A DNA stretch of 24,000 bases from Photobacterium lutimaris (lineage in GTDB: Bacteria; Pseudomonadota; Gammaproteobacteria; Enterobacterales; Vibrionaceae). A program made the translations under genes and the position numbers. Shown piece by piece: positions 1-7,565 of this stretch (positions within the stretch are counted from its first letter, which is position 1; every line of letters begins with the position of its first letter). Location of the stretch: positions 4,987-28,986 of the forward strand of contig NZ_PYMH01000016.1 of the NCBI RefSeq assembly GCF_003025555.1. Direction: 5' to 3'. Under the pieces are notes generated by a model. It was not told where the DNA came from and made no database searches. It saw only the letters and a program-made list of their open reading frames with translations.

Positions 1-122
1 TAGATCAACAAAATGAATATTTGATTAACTATAACCTCAACAAATTAAAAATGACTAAAATATTCATTGCTCATAGGAAAGAAACTATTAAATCAGTAGA
101 TAGAGTTATTTCTCTGGGGTAG
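1..122 (+). CDS. 3' end of an ABC-transporter (exporter-type) ATP-binding domain gene; partial, continues upstream of the window
   Basis: The frame beginning at nt 3 is open to TAG at 120-122. It reads DQQNEYLINYNLNKLKMTKIFIAHRKETIKSVDRVISLG*. The T-x-I-F-IAHR-x-x-TI-x-x-x-D-x-I-x-x-L-G pattern matches the H-loop and C-terminal end of ABC exporter nucleotide-binding domains. Only 40 codons are visible. Confidence 0.4.
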   Translation, partial: DQQNEYLINYNLNKLKMTKIFIAHRKETIKSVDRVISLG

Positions 123-518
123 ATATCAAAAACAACTTACTATTATTGTTTTTATCAGGAGGGTTAAAACTCAAAGGATTGATAAGGAAATATTGATTAA
201 GCCGATCGCTATATACCTACCAGCTAAATTATCAGTCAAGTTTGGACAGAAAGAGTTTTATACTCAAGACGAAATTTATTGGGTATTGATTGCAGTAGGT
301 AAAAGAATGATGTGATGTATAAAAACTATGCTTACGGTTTACTTTCAAGCTATAGTGATTATATTTATTTTGAGCTAGATACAGAGTTCGGGAACTACCA
401 AAAATTTAAAACTTCAGCAGCAAATACGTAGCTCCCTCTAGTCTTCAAATTAAGACTCAGCCCAATCAATGGCAGCGTACATTACGTATGGATAAACTAA
501 TTTTGTTCTATATGTCAT

Positions 519-1205
519 ATGAAATCCACAACCACTCTCCTTAATCACCGACAATTGTGGTATCAAACTCGCACCTGACGGGAAAGGCCAGTTACTAGTG
601 CAGGAACATATCAGTTATTCGATACAGTAACTAACTTTCGAGTTAATGTTAAAGGCTGTAATGGTCCAAGGCTTTCAGCCCTAACAGATAATCGTGTAAT
701 CTTAGATGACTGTACACGAGAAGAACTGTTTGATTTAGAAGCAAACTATAGAGATGTTCATTCCGAGAGACTTACCTTAAATGAAGAGGCTTTCTACCTT
801 GGTAGTGACTTAGGTTATTTATGGCTTAGTCAGAAAGATAGTAGATATAGTGTTTATCATATTGATGAAGATGGATTAGTTGTTGAGCTATTTGGTGATT
901 TATCTGTAGACGGTGGTGGCTGTATGAATTATGGTCATTATCAAAATTGTAACTTGTTTGCCTCCGACGAATGGATCGTCGTTAAGGAACTCGAACTTGT
1001 GACTTACTTCCACCGCTCAACAGGAACTATAAATTACCTTTTTGAAGGAATGAATGTTCTCTCTATTTCCTTGCAAGGAGATAGAGTCTATTTTGTCGGA
1101 GAGGGCTACTTCGGAGGTTCAATATTTGGTGCCGTAAACCTAAATTCAACAAATGAAGATTCGGCTACCTCAATAAATGATCTTAAATATATAGAAGCAT
1201 TTTAA
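519..1205 (+). pseudogene. Disrupted ORF of unknown function. ATG at 519, in-frame TGA at 576-578, then open to TAA at 1203-1205.
   Basis: Hand translation gives MKSTTTLLNHRQLWYQTRT*RERPVTSAGTYQLFDTVTNFRVNVKGCNGPRLSALTDNRVILDDCTREELFDLEANYRDVH...GGGCMNYGHYQ...YIEAF*. From 579 to 923 the frame is open but has no ATG, GTG or TTG, so the 93-aa track ORF (924-1205) looks like the tail of a longer gene. The same frame upstream (315-518) is open apart from TAG at 429 and TAA at 498. Confidence 0.4.
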
Positions 1206-1220
1206 GTTAAACTCACTTGT

Positions 1221-1251
1221 AGCCTTTTAAGTTGTTAAATCTTAAAAGGCT
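1221..1251 (+). terminator. Hairpin downstream of the disrupted ORF
   Basis: AGCCTTTTAAG (1221-1231) pairs with CTTAAAAGGCT (1241-1251), an 11-bp stem with a 9-nt loop, 16 nt after the stop codon. The following tract CTTATATAT is T/A-rich but is not a clean U-run. Confidence 0.4.
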
Positions 1252-1528
1252 CTTATATATCAACTGATCTCACCCCCCCCTCACCTTAAATCGAACTCAG
1301 ACAAAAATTAGTAATATGATGGCTTTTCCATACCGAAACTAATTCATATTTTGCTAATTTAGCAAAGTCATTGACACGTTTTTGTCCAAAAATGAGGTAG
1401 CTTACATTGACTTGGTATGTAATTTTAACTAGAGTCAATTGCATATCACAATTGTTTAAATCTGCTTGCGCCATGTTTTGTTACGCATTGATTTAAAACG
1501 GTTTATTTTGATTTTATATCGCGAGGGC

Positions 1529-1555
1529 AGGGTTCAAATCCCTATCTCTCCGCCA
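1529..1555 (+). repeat. Orphan 3' fragment of tRNA-Ser (T-arm, acceptor 3' strand and CCA); att-like direct repeat
   Basis: AGGGTTCAAATCCCTATCTCTCCGCCA is identical to the last 27 nt of the full tRNA-Ser genes at 8108-8198 and 10927-11017. No 5' tRNA part lies upstream. Similarity to the 10927 locus continues downstream through both terminators to about 1650. Confidence 0.85.
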
Positions 1556-1564
1556 AATTCAAAA

Positions 1565-1590
1565 AGCCAGCTTAACTGCTGGCTTTTTTA
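1565..1590. terminator. Rho-independent terminator hairpin (A-run / stem / T-run, potentially bidirectional)
   Basis: AGCCAGC-TTAACT-GCTGGCT followed by TTTTTT and preceded by AAAAA. The same hairpin follows tRNA-Ser at 11028-11052. Confidence 0.6.
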
Positions 1591-1611
1591 CATCTGTTGC
1601 TTGGCAAAGAA

Positions 1612-1639
1612 AGGCCTCGTCGAAAGACGAGGCCTTTTT
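1612..1639. terminator. Terminator hairpin with GTCGAAAGAC core; likely terminates tctA from the minus strand
   Basis: AGGCCTCGTC-GAAA-GACGAGGCCT followed by TTTTT on the plus strand. On the minus strand the hairpin is followed by TTCTTTG, 20 nt after the tctA stop codon. Confidence 0.6.
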
Positions 1640-1659
1640 CGTTTCATCCACAAGGTGGA

Positions 1660-3153
1660 TTAAGGTGTCACAGCTTTTTGCGCCTGCTTTTTCTTGAGCT
1701 TCATGGTGGAGTACACCGAGAATACCGCCAACACAATGAATGCTAATGCGATTGGCCGTTCATACAAGAATGACCAACTGCCATCAAACATCAATAACGA
1801 TTTCCGTAGGTTTGTCTCTGCCATCGGCCCGAGAATGATGGCTAACAAGATTGGGGATGAAGGGATCTCCAACTTATTGAGGATAAAGCCGAACAAACCA
1901 AAGCCAATCGCGATACCGACATCAAACATCGAGTTGTTAATGGCGTAGGCACCAATAACTGACAAGAAGATAATGATCGGGATCATGATGATCTTTGGTA
2001 CTTCGATGATCCGGCAGAAGAAACGGATGCCCAGCAGGCCGATGAGCAACATGACAATGTTGGCAACCAGCATTGAACTGAATACGCCATAAACCACTTC
2101 TGGATTCTGGCTGAACAGTAATGGCCCAGGCGTTAATCCCTGTACAATTAGCGCGCCGAGCAGTACTGCCGCAACAGCATCACCAGGTACCCCCAGTGTA
2201 AGCAGCGGAACCAATGAACCACCAGTCACACCATTATTACCGGCTTCTGCAGCGGCTAAACCATGTACCGAGCCTTTGCCAAATTTATCCGGGTTCTTCG
2301 CTGAACGCTTGGCTTCGTTGTAGCAAACAAACGCCGAAATATCGGCCCCAGCCCCCGGTACTGAGCCAATAGACGTTCCCATCAATCCACTTTTGATCGC
2401 TGTTGGCAGCATGGTTTTAAGGTCGTTTTTGCTCAGTAGCTTATGGTCAAATTTAGGTGGTGCGCTTTTCTTCTGGGTATGTAATTTCTCAAGCTGGTTG
2501 AGGCCTTCTGAAATAGCAAACAAGCCAATCAGAACCGGAATAACATTGATGCCGCTGTACAAGTCCATCACATCAAAGGTAAAGCGTGGCACGCTGCTGA
2601 TTGGGTCAAGGCCGACAGTAGATATCAATAAGCCAATACTACCGGCCAATAAGCCTTTGAGAATGTTCTTCGAAGACACACTGGCAATAATGGTTAAGCC
2701 AAACAGTGCAAGGGCGAAATATTCTGGTGCATTGAATTTAAGGGCAAAATCAGCCAGCAGCGGAGCAATGGCAATCAATACAATGGTACTGATCAACCCA
2801 CCAATAAAAGACGCGACGGCAGAAATACTCAGGGCTCGAGCGGCCTGACCTTTAGCTGCCAGCGTGTGTCCATCAAGCACTGTCGCGGCTGAGGCCGGAG
2901 TCCCCGGTGTTTTGAGCAAAATCGCTGCAATTGAACCGCCGTAAATACCACCGATATACACACCGATCAGCATAACAAGGGCTGCAGTTGGCTCCATGCC
3001 GAAGGTAAAAGGCAGTAGGATAGCAACCCCCATAGTAGCGGTTAAGCCGGGTAGGGCGCCAAGGATAATACCGCCTAATACCCCGAAGACAAGAACGGGA
3101 AAGACGCTTGGACTAAAGGCCGTTAGAAGGCCCGAAAATAGATGTTCTAACAT
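1660..3153 (-). CDS. tctA: Tripartite tricarboxylate transporter, large permease (TctA family)
   Basis: The polytopic membrane protein sequence is typical of TctA (LPGLTATMGVAILLPFTF, GTPASAATVLDGH). It lies downstream of tctC and tctB. I prefer the ATG at 3153 (MLEHLFSGLL), which has AAGAGG 7 nt upstream, over the track start at 3180, which overlaps tctB. Confidence 0.85.
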   Translation of the reverse strand: MLEHLFSGLLTAFSPSVFPVLVFGVLGGIILGALPGLTATMGVAILLPFTFGMEPTAALVMLIGVYIGGIYGGSIAAILLKTPGTPASAATVLDGHTLAAKGQAARALSISAVASFIGGLISTIVLIAIAPLLADFALKFNAPEYFALALFGLTIIASVSSKNILKGLLAGSIGLLISTVGLDPISSVPRFTFDVMDLYSGINVIPVLIGLFAISEGLNQLEKLHTQKKSAPPKFDHKLLSKNDLKTMLPTAIKSGLMGTSIGSVPGAGADISAFVCYNEAKRSAKNPDKFGKGSVHGLAAAEAGNNGVTGGSLVPLLTLGVPGDAVAAVLLGALIVQGLTPGPLLFSQNPEVVYGVFSSMLVANIVMLLIGLLGIRFFCRIIEVPKIIMIPIIIFLSVIGAYAINNSMFDVGIAIGFGLFGFILNKLEIPSSPILLAIILGPMAETNLRKSLLMFDGSWSFLYERPIALAFIVLAVFSVYSTMKLKKKQAQKAVTP

Positions 3154-3163
3154 AAGCGGCCTC

Positions 3164-3655
3164 TTACAAAATGATGCCATCAGGTAGTGCGATTACAAAC
3201 ACTTCGCCGAATAAGTAATAAACAGAGAAAACAAAAACGGCTGCAATCACGTAATAGAGAGGTTTCTTCACCTTGAAGTAAATAAGATACAGGGTGAACG
3301 CAATAAGACTTGCAAGCAGATAGCCGAGAATATGAATTAAGAAAGCATAACCAATAAGGTAAGTGACACCAAAAATAGAGAGTTTTGAGAAAAGCGGTTC
3401 TTCATGCTCTATGTGTGCATTATTCTCTCGCTTCGTTTGTTGCCAGTGCTGGAAGATTAATACTGTCGAGATCACCATCATGGCGATGACCACCACTGTT
3501 GGGAAAAAGGCCGCATCGACACTGGCATCTTGAAACATGGGCTTGTCGAACTGGCTAATAATAAAGAGGGACACGGCACCTAATAAAATGATCAGGGACG
3601 GGAAAAGAAAGTTTCTATTCAACATAGAATCCATCCTTGTGTTGAGCGTGTTCAA
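3164..3655 (-). CDS. tctB: Tripartite tricarboxylate transporter, small permease (TctB family)
   Basis: A 163-aa, four-helix hydrophobic protein sits between a TctC-like and a TctA-like gene. Size and position are typical of TctB. The sequence family itself is poorly conserved. Confidence 0.7.
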   Translation of the reverse strand: MNTLNTRMDSMLNRNFLFPSLIILLGAVSLFIISQFDKPMFQDASVDAAFFPTVVVIAMMVISTVLIFQHWQQTKRENNAHIEHEEPLFSKLSIFGVTYLIGYAFLIHILGYLLASLIAFTLYLIYFKVKKPLYYVIAAVFVFSVYYLFGEVFVIALPDGIIL

Positions 3656-3692
3656 AAAAATAGAGCCAGCACGGAGCTGGCTCCTGATTAAA

Positions 3693-4619
3693 TTAGTTAA
3701 TTAGCGTGCCTAGGGCTTGGCTATCTTCGTATACAAACGTAGTAAACTCTTCGGCGTTAAGATTGTGAATGGTCATCGCGCCAGTCGCCATGAATGACTT
3801 GAACTCCTTGCTCGCCATCGCTTCGTCAAAGGCTGCACCCAGCTTTTCAATAATGTGGTCGGGAGTGTCCTTCGGTGCGCCGATACCACGCCACGTCCCT
3901 GTTACTACATCTACACCTTGCTCTTTCAGGGTTGGAACGTCTTTAATAAACGAGATACGTTTATCGGACATCACCCCAAGGGCCTTTAGCTGGCCTGAGC
4001 GAAGTTGGGCAATTGCCTCGCCGGGTGTCACCATGGTGACATCTGTGTGGTTGCCCAGAACGGCTGGGATAGCTTCAGATGCACCATTGTAAGGAATCGC
4101 GTTTAGCTTGATATTTTGGTCTTTCTCTAGTGCCATTAGGTAGAAGTTTGGTGCCGCAGTTGAAGCAAACTTCACTTTACCCGGTTCTTTTTTTGCCTCT
4201 GCAATCAAATCGTTGATGCTGTTGTACGGGCTATCGGCAGCCACAAGAACAACGGCAGGATCTAGGTTAACCATGCGGATCAGCTTGAAATCATCAGCCG
4301 TATGGCGCATCAAGCCCATTTGTGGCAGTGAGGCAATTTCACGTGTAACAACAGTCAGGGTATAGCCATCGGCACGCTGCTGGGCACCAAAACTCATACC
4401 CACGGCACCAGCACCACCGGTACGGTTCATAACGGCAATGTTTTTGCCAAGAACATCTTTGGCGCTATTGGCCAATGTGCGACCTACCGCATCGGTACCA
4501 CCACCGGCACCAAAAGGAACAACCAACCGGATATTCTTTGTTGGGTAATCTGCGGCCATTGCCGTGGCTGAAGCTAACACACCTGCGGTGACCATGACTG
4601 CTTTTAGTAATTTATTCAT
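3693..4619 (-). CDS. tctC: Tripartite tricarboxylate transporter substrate-binding protein (TctC / Bug family), periplasmic
   Basis: Signal peptide MNKLLKAVMVTAGVLASATAMA, followed by DYPTKNIRLVVPFGAGGGTD, the characteristic N-terminal motif of the Bug/TctC family. Confidence 0.85.
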   Translation of the reverse strand: MNKLLKAVMVTAGVLASATAMAADYPTKNIRLVVPFGAGGGTDAVGRTLANSAKDVLGKNIAVMNRTGGAGAVGMSFGAQQRADGYTLTVVTREIASLPQMGLMRHTADDFKLIRMVNLDPAVVLVAADSPYNSINDLIAEAKKEPGKVKFASTAAPNFYLMALEKDQNIKLNAIPYNGASEAIPAVLGNHTDVTMVTPGEAIAQLRSGQLKALGVMSDKRISFIKDVPTLKEQGVDVVTGTWRGIGAPKDTPDHIIEKLGAAFDEAMASKEFKSFMATGAMTIHNLNAEEFTTFVYEDSQALGTLIN

Positions 4620-4636
4620 ATTATTAATGCCTATTG

Positions 4637-5116
4637 TTATTTTTCGCGTCGGTAAGTTTGAGTTGGATTTTCAATTTTTTGGGTTTGGTAGTCGTTGATA
4701 GTCAGTTGCTCAATGGCGAGGGCAATCCAGCCACTGATCAGCATGTCATACCACTGCTGTACACCGCTGCAGGCTACGACAACATTGCCATAGACAAAGG
4801 AGCCGTAATACAGCACATCATCATCACGCAATGATGATGGGTGGTTTGTTTGGTGATTGATGTTGGCCTGAGAATCTCGCCAGGCTTGCTGGGCTTTTTT
4901 ACGAGCAAGTTGGTCAAATGGAATCGTCCATGCATCCGGTTGGCCAATAGAGGTTTCAACTAAAATAGCTTCTTCAAAGCTGACCTCCCACGGTTTAACG
5001 CGGGGATCCATAACAACGATATGCAGTTCTTGTCGGTTGGTTCTTGAGAATAGGCGCTCAATGGCTGGCCTAACGAGTTCAATTGCATCTAGCGCTATTT
5101 GTTTATGTGTGTTCAT
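4637..5116 (-). CDS. Hypothetical protein, possibly GlcG/HbpS-like (DUF336); first gene of the tct operon
   Basis: A 159-aa ORF ending 17 nt before the tctC start. The layout (HIVVMDP..., ARKKAQQAWR, GNVVVACSGVQQWYDMLISGWIALA) resembles DUF336/GlcG proteins (xxGAIGVSGxxxxxDxxxA). The assignment comes from remembered family patterns only. Confidence 0.4.
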   Translation of the reverse strand: MNTHKQIALDAIELVRPAIERLFSRTNRQELHIVVMDPRVKPWEVSFEEAILVETSIGQPDAWTIPFDQLARKKAQQAWRDSQANINHQTNHPSSLRDDDVLYYGSFVYGNVVVACSGVQQWYDMLISGWIALAIEQLTINDYQTQKIENPTQTYRREK

Positions 5117-5504
5117 CCCTACACCTTAATGTCCTTGGTACACACTTAACATATTGTATTATTTTATGCTGATCAAAGGTGCTTTTGATAAAATGATAAA
5201 CTCATCACTATTGTGGATATATCCTCATGATTTTGATCACTTTATTTTGAGTTTGTTACGAGTTTATAGTGATATTTGTCACGTTGGCTATTGAATGCCT
5301 TTAAAGGTTAATTTGTATTATTAAATTAATGTGGAGAGATAGCATATTATGAACGTAATTAAGTTAAGGGAGGGTTATATTGGGCGTGGATAATTAACTA
5401 TAGTTAAATAGGCTTAAATATAGTTAAGTAAAACATGGTTTTTGGAGGGAGGGGAAAGATAACGAACCCTTTCCCCATACGGAAATGCACCATAAGGATG
5501 ATGT

Positions 5505-5696
5505 TTATAGTAGCCCTGCTTCGCGGGCCTGATGGAGTACTGCGGGTTCTACCAAAGCATAAGCTGCATCCCATAATGAGGCGATGTACAGTTTTTCTTT
5601 ACCTTTGGCTTGCCGCTCAAGCTCATCCAGCTTGTGTAGTTCTTCTAGGGTTAATGGTCTGGTAAATAATGCCTTCGCTAATTTAAGTTTTTCCAT
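5505..5696 (-). CDS. Small hypothetical protein (63 aa, helical and charged)
   Basis: GGAG lies 8-9 nt upstream of the ATG. The composition is plausible (MEKLKLAKALFTRPLTLEELHKLDELERQAKGKEK...). The overlapping plus-strand ORF 5435-5665 looks like noise. No family recognised. Confidence 0.35.
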   Translation of the reverse strand: MEKLKLAKALFTRPLTLEELHKLDELERQAKGKEKLYIASLWDAAYALVEPAVLHQAREAGLL

Positions 5697-6076
5697 CTGC
5701 CTAACTCCGCAATGCTAAATTGCAAAGTTAACTGTGTTCAAATTTTTGGTTGCCGAAGCAAAGCCAGCAAACTTTTCAATTCAGGCTTTATCAAGGTTAA
5801 GAGTGAAACAAACCTTAACTCAAGCCACTTGTAGGCAGTGATGAATCTTAGTTTCTTTGTTCTAACTTTTATCTATACCCTAGCGGGTGCTGCTTTGTAA
5901 TAGCGTGATCGACACCGCAGTTGCTGGTTAATTAATCAGCTTTAAGTGGGTATTAGACCTAGGTTAAATCTCGGTAGCGCTTGTTGTAGAGAGTTACAAA
6001 GAAAAGTTGACTGCAATAGCAGATTATTCATTTTGGTATCTAACCAAAATGCGTGTCACTGAAGGGAGGCGTCATT

Positions 6077-6922
6077 TTGAACGACATGAATTTAACACCA
6101 GTGTCAGCAGGCCAGTTATTGACCCGGCGGGAGCAGGGCGTTTTGACTATTACTATGAATCGTCCAGATAAATTAAATGGCTGGACAATGGCGATGATGA
6201 ACGCCCTTAGAGAGGCTTTTGAGAAGGCCAATGCAGAAGATGGCGTTAAAGCAATCATCCTCACTGGCTCGGGGCGGTATTATTCTGCCGGTGTGAACCT
6301 CAGTGGTACGTTAAAGATAATGCCGCCGCGCAAATTACGCGAGTTAATAGCCAAGAACAATCAAGACTTGTTTGAGGTTTTTCTTGGTTGCACCAAGCCA
6401 TTGTTGATTGCAGTGAATGGCCCTGCAATTGGTGCAAGTGTAACATCAGCAACACTTGCCAGCGGCATTATTGCTGCCGACAATGCAACGTTCTCGACAC
6501 CTTTTGCTGCTCTTGGAGTGACCCCTGAAGGCTGTTCCAGTGTGCAGTTTCCTCGCCTTATTGGGGAGGAGAGTGCCCAGCGTATGTTAGGCGTTGAAGG
6601 ATGGAAGCCTGACGCTCAGCAAGCACTGGCTATCGGGTTGATTCAAGATGTTGCATCGCATACGGAACTTATGGAAAGGGCTGAGTATATTGTTCGACAA
6701 TGGCTTGAAGAAGGAAAAAAACGCGAACTCTTGGCAGGAAGCGATCTCGATGAACTCAGAGCTGTGAATGCCCAAGAATCTCAGCACCTGGCTGATGCTT
6801 TTTTGAAAGCCGCCTTTCTTAAACATCAAGCACAGTTCTTATGGCAGAAGAAAAAGTATATGCCCTCAGTGGTGTTCTGGTTGCTTTTGGCGACGAGGCC
6901 TTTGTGGCGGTTTTGGCTGTGA
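6077..6922 (+). CDS. Enoyl-CoA hydratase/isomerase (crotonase) family protein
   Basis: Crotonase fold motifs are present: GVLTITMNRPDKLNGW, AIILTGSGRYYSAGVNL, PLLIAVNGPAIGASV. GAAGGGAGG at 6061-6069 favours the TTG at 6077 (7-nt spacing) or the ATG at 6086 over the track start at 6053. Confidence 0.85.
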   Translation: MNDMNLTPVSAGQLLTRREQGVLTITMNRPDKLNGWTMAMMNALREAFEKANAEDGVKAIILTGSGRYYSAGVNLSGTLKIMPPRKLRELIAKNNQDLFEVFLGCTKPLLIAVNGPAIGASVTSATLASGIIAADNATFSTPFAALGVTPEGCSSVQFPRLIGEESAQRMLGVEGWKPDAQQALAIGLIQDVASHTELMERAEYIVRQWLEEGKKRELLAGSDLDELRAVNAQESQHLADAFLKAAFLKHQAQFLWQKKKYMPSVVFWLLLATRPLWRFWL

Positions 6923-6937
6923 ACAGAGAATATTAAC

Positions 6938-6967
6938 GGGTGGCAGACAAGATTTTTTCTGCCACCC
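6938..6967. terminator. Hairpin between convergent genes (crotonase, plus strand; small ORF, minus strand)
   Basis: GGGTGGCAGA (6938-6947) pairs with TCTGCCACCC (6958-6967), a 10-bp stem with a T-rich loop. Neither side has a clean U-run after the stem. Confidence 0.4.
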
Positions 6968-6971
6968 CAAC

Positions 6972-7148
6972 CTATCCAGATAACTGTGCTAAAAGTTCTT
7001 TCGTTTTGGCGATTACGTCGTCAAGATAGTTTATTTCCGCTATATCATCATCAGAAATTGCATTGAAATATTGCCAATGTAAGTTAACGAGGTGTTCAAT
7101 ATAATATTGCTTTTTTAGTTTTAGTTCGATGCCATCAGAATCGTTCAT
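6972..7148 (-). CDS. Small acidic hypothetical protein (58 aa); third gene of the small-protein cassette. Below the ORF-track length cutoff.
   Basis: Hand translation gives MNDSDGIELKLKKQYYIEHLVNLHWQYFNAISDDDIAEINYLDDVIAKTKELLAQLSG*. It starts 11 nt after the stop of the 64-aa ORF, on the same strand. The SD is weak (AAGGC). Confidence 0.35.
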   Translation of the reverse strand: MNDSDGIELKLKKQYYIEHLVNLHWQYFNAISDDDIAEINYLDDVIAKTKELLAQLSG

Positions 7149-7159
7149 ACAACATAGCC

Positions 7160-7354
7160 TTACAATTCAGGTTCTTTCTCACCATTTTTGATTAAGTGAA
7201 CGTCTACCATCGATGTGTGTGAGAGAACAATGGATGAGCAGTTACTACATTGGAATTTTGCATATTTCTTTTTGATTAAACGCTCGAATCGACCTCGATG
7301 TATACGATGAAAATGAACAAGTTTTTTGCATGACGGACAGTTAAAGTAGTTCAT
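7160..7354 (-). CDS. Small Cys4 zinc-ribbon protein (64 aa), Ogr/Delta-like cysteine pattern
   Basis: The sequence is MNYFNCPSCKKLVHFHRIHRGRFERLIKKKYAKFQCSNCSSIV..., with CPxC, 26 residues, then QCxNC. GAGGGA lies 6 nt upstream of the ATG. The start overlaps the upstream ORF by 14 nt, which indicates translational coupling. Confidence 0.5.
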   Translation of the reverse strand: MNYFNCPSCKKLVHFHRIHRGRFERLIKKKYAKFQCSNCSSIVLSHTSMVDVHLIKNGEKEPEL

Positions 7355-7565
7355 GAGCTTCCCTCTTCTTGTTATTACAGCTGCATTTGCGTAGAGATGT
7401 TATATGCCCGCAAAAACAAATGAGGACGTTTGATTCTGAATCAATTAAATAGTGATCATCTTGCCCGCACTTGGGACACTTTATCAGTTGGCAGTCGCAA
7501 ATTTCTTCTGACATTCCTGTTGTCAACCTTGGTGTATTTTTGGAACTGAAGTCACAATAATGCAT
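7341..7565 (-). CDS. Small Cys-rich zinc-ribbon-like protein (74 aa, or 57 aa if it starts at MSEEIC)
   Basis: Cys-rich motifs are present: ...CDCQLIKCPKCGQDDHYLIDSESNVLICFCGHITSLRKCSC.... AGGGA lies about 9 nt upstream of the ATG at 7565. First gene of the three-gene cassette. Confidence 0.45.
   Translation of the reverse strand: MHYCDFSSKNTPRLTTGMSEEICDCQLIKCPKCGQDDHYLIDSESNVLICFCGHITSLRKCSCNNKKREAHELL

Noticed and set aside
100-318. A stop-free frame of about 72 codons after the ABC gene, preceded by an AGGAGGG string at 158-164
   Set aside because: It contains no ATG, GTG or TTG start downstream of the SD-like string. The only in-frame candidates would be ATT or ATA. At most it is another decayed fragment.
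1286-1474. A 62-aa minus-strand ORF next to the orphan tRNA fragment; considered as a possible excisionase or small island gene
   Set aside because: No SD lies upstream (TAACAAAAC-ATG). There is no resemblance to AlpA/Xis-type HTH proteins. AT-rich DNA readily yields ORFs of this length. I could not exclude it, but there is no positive support.
5435-5665. A 76-aa plus-strand ORF antisense to the 63-aa ORF 5505-5696
   Set aside because: The composition is implausible (Cys/Arg/Leu-rich, no SD). The minus-strand partner has a GGAG SD and a more protein-like sequence.
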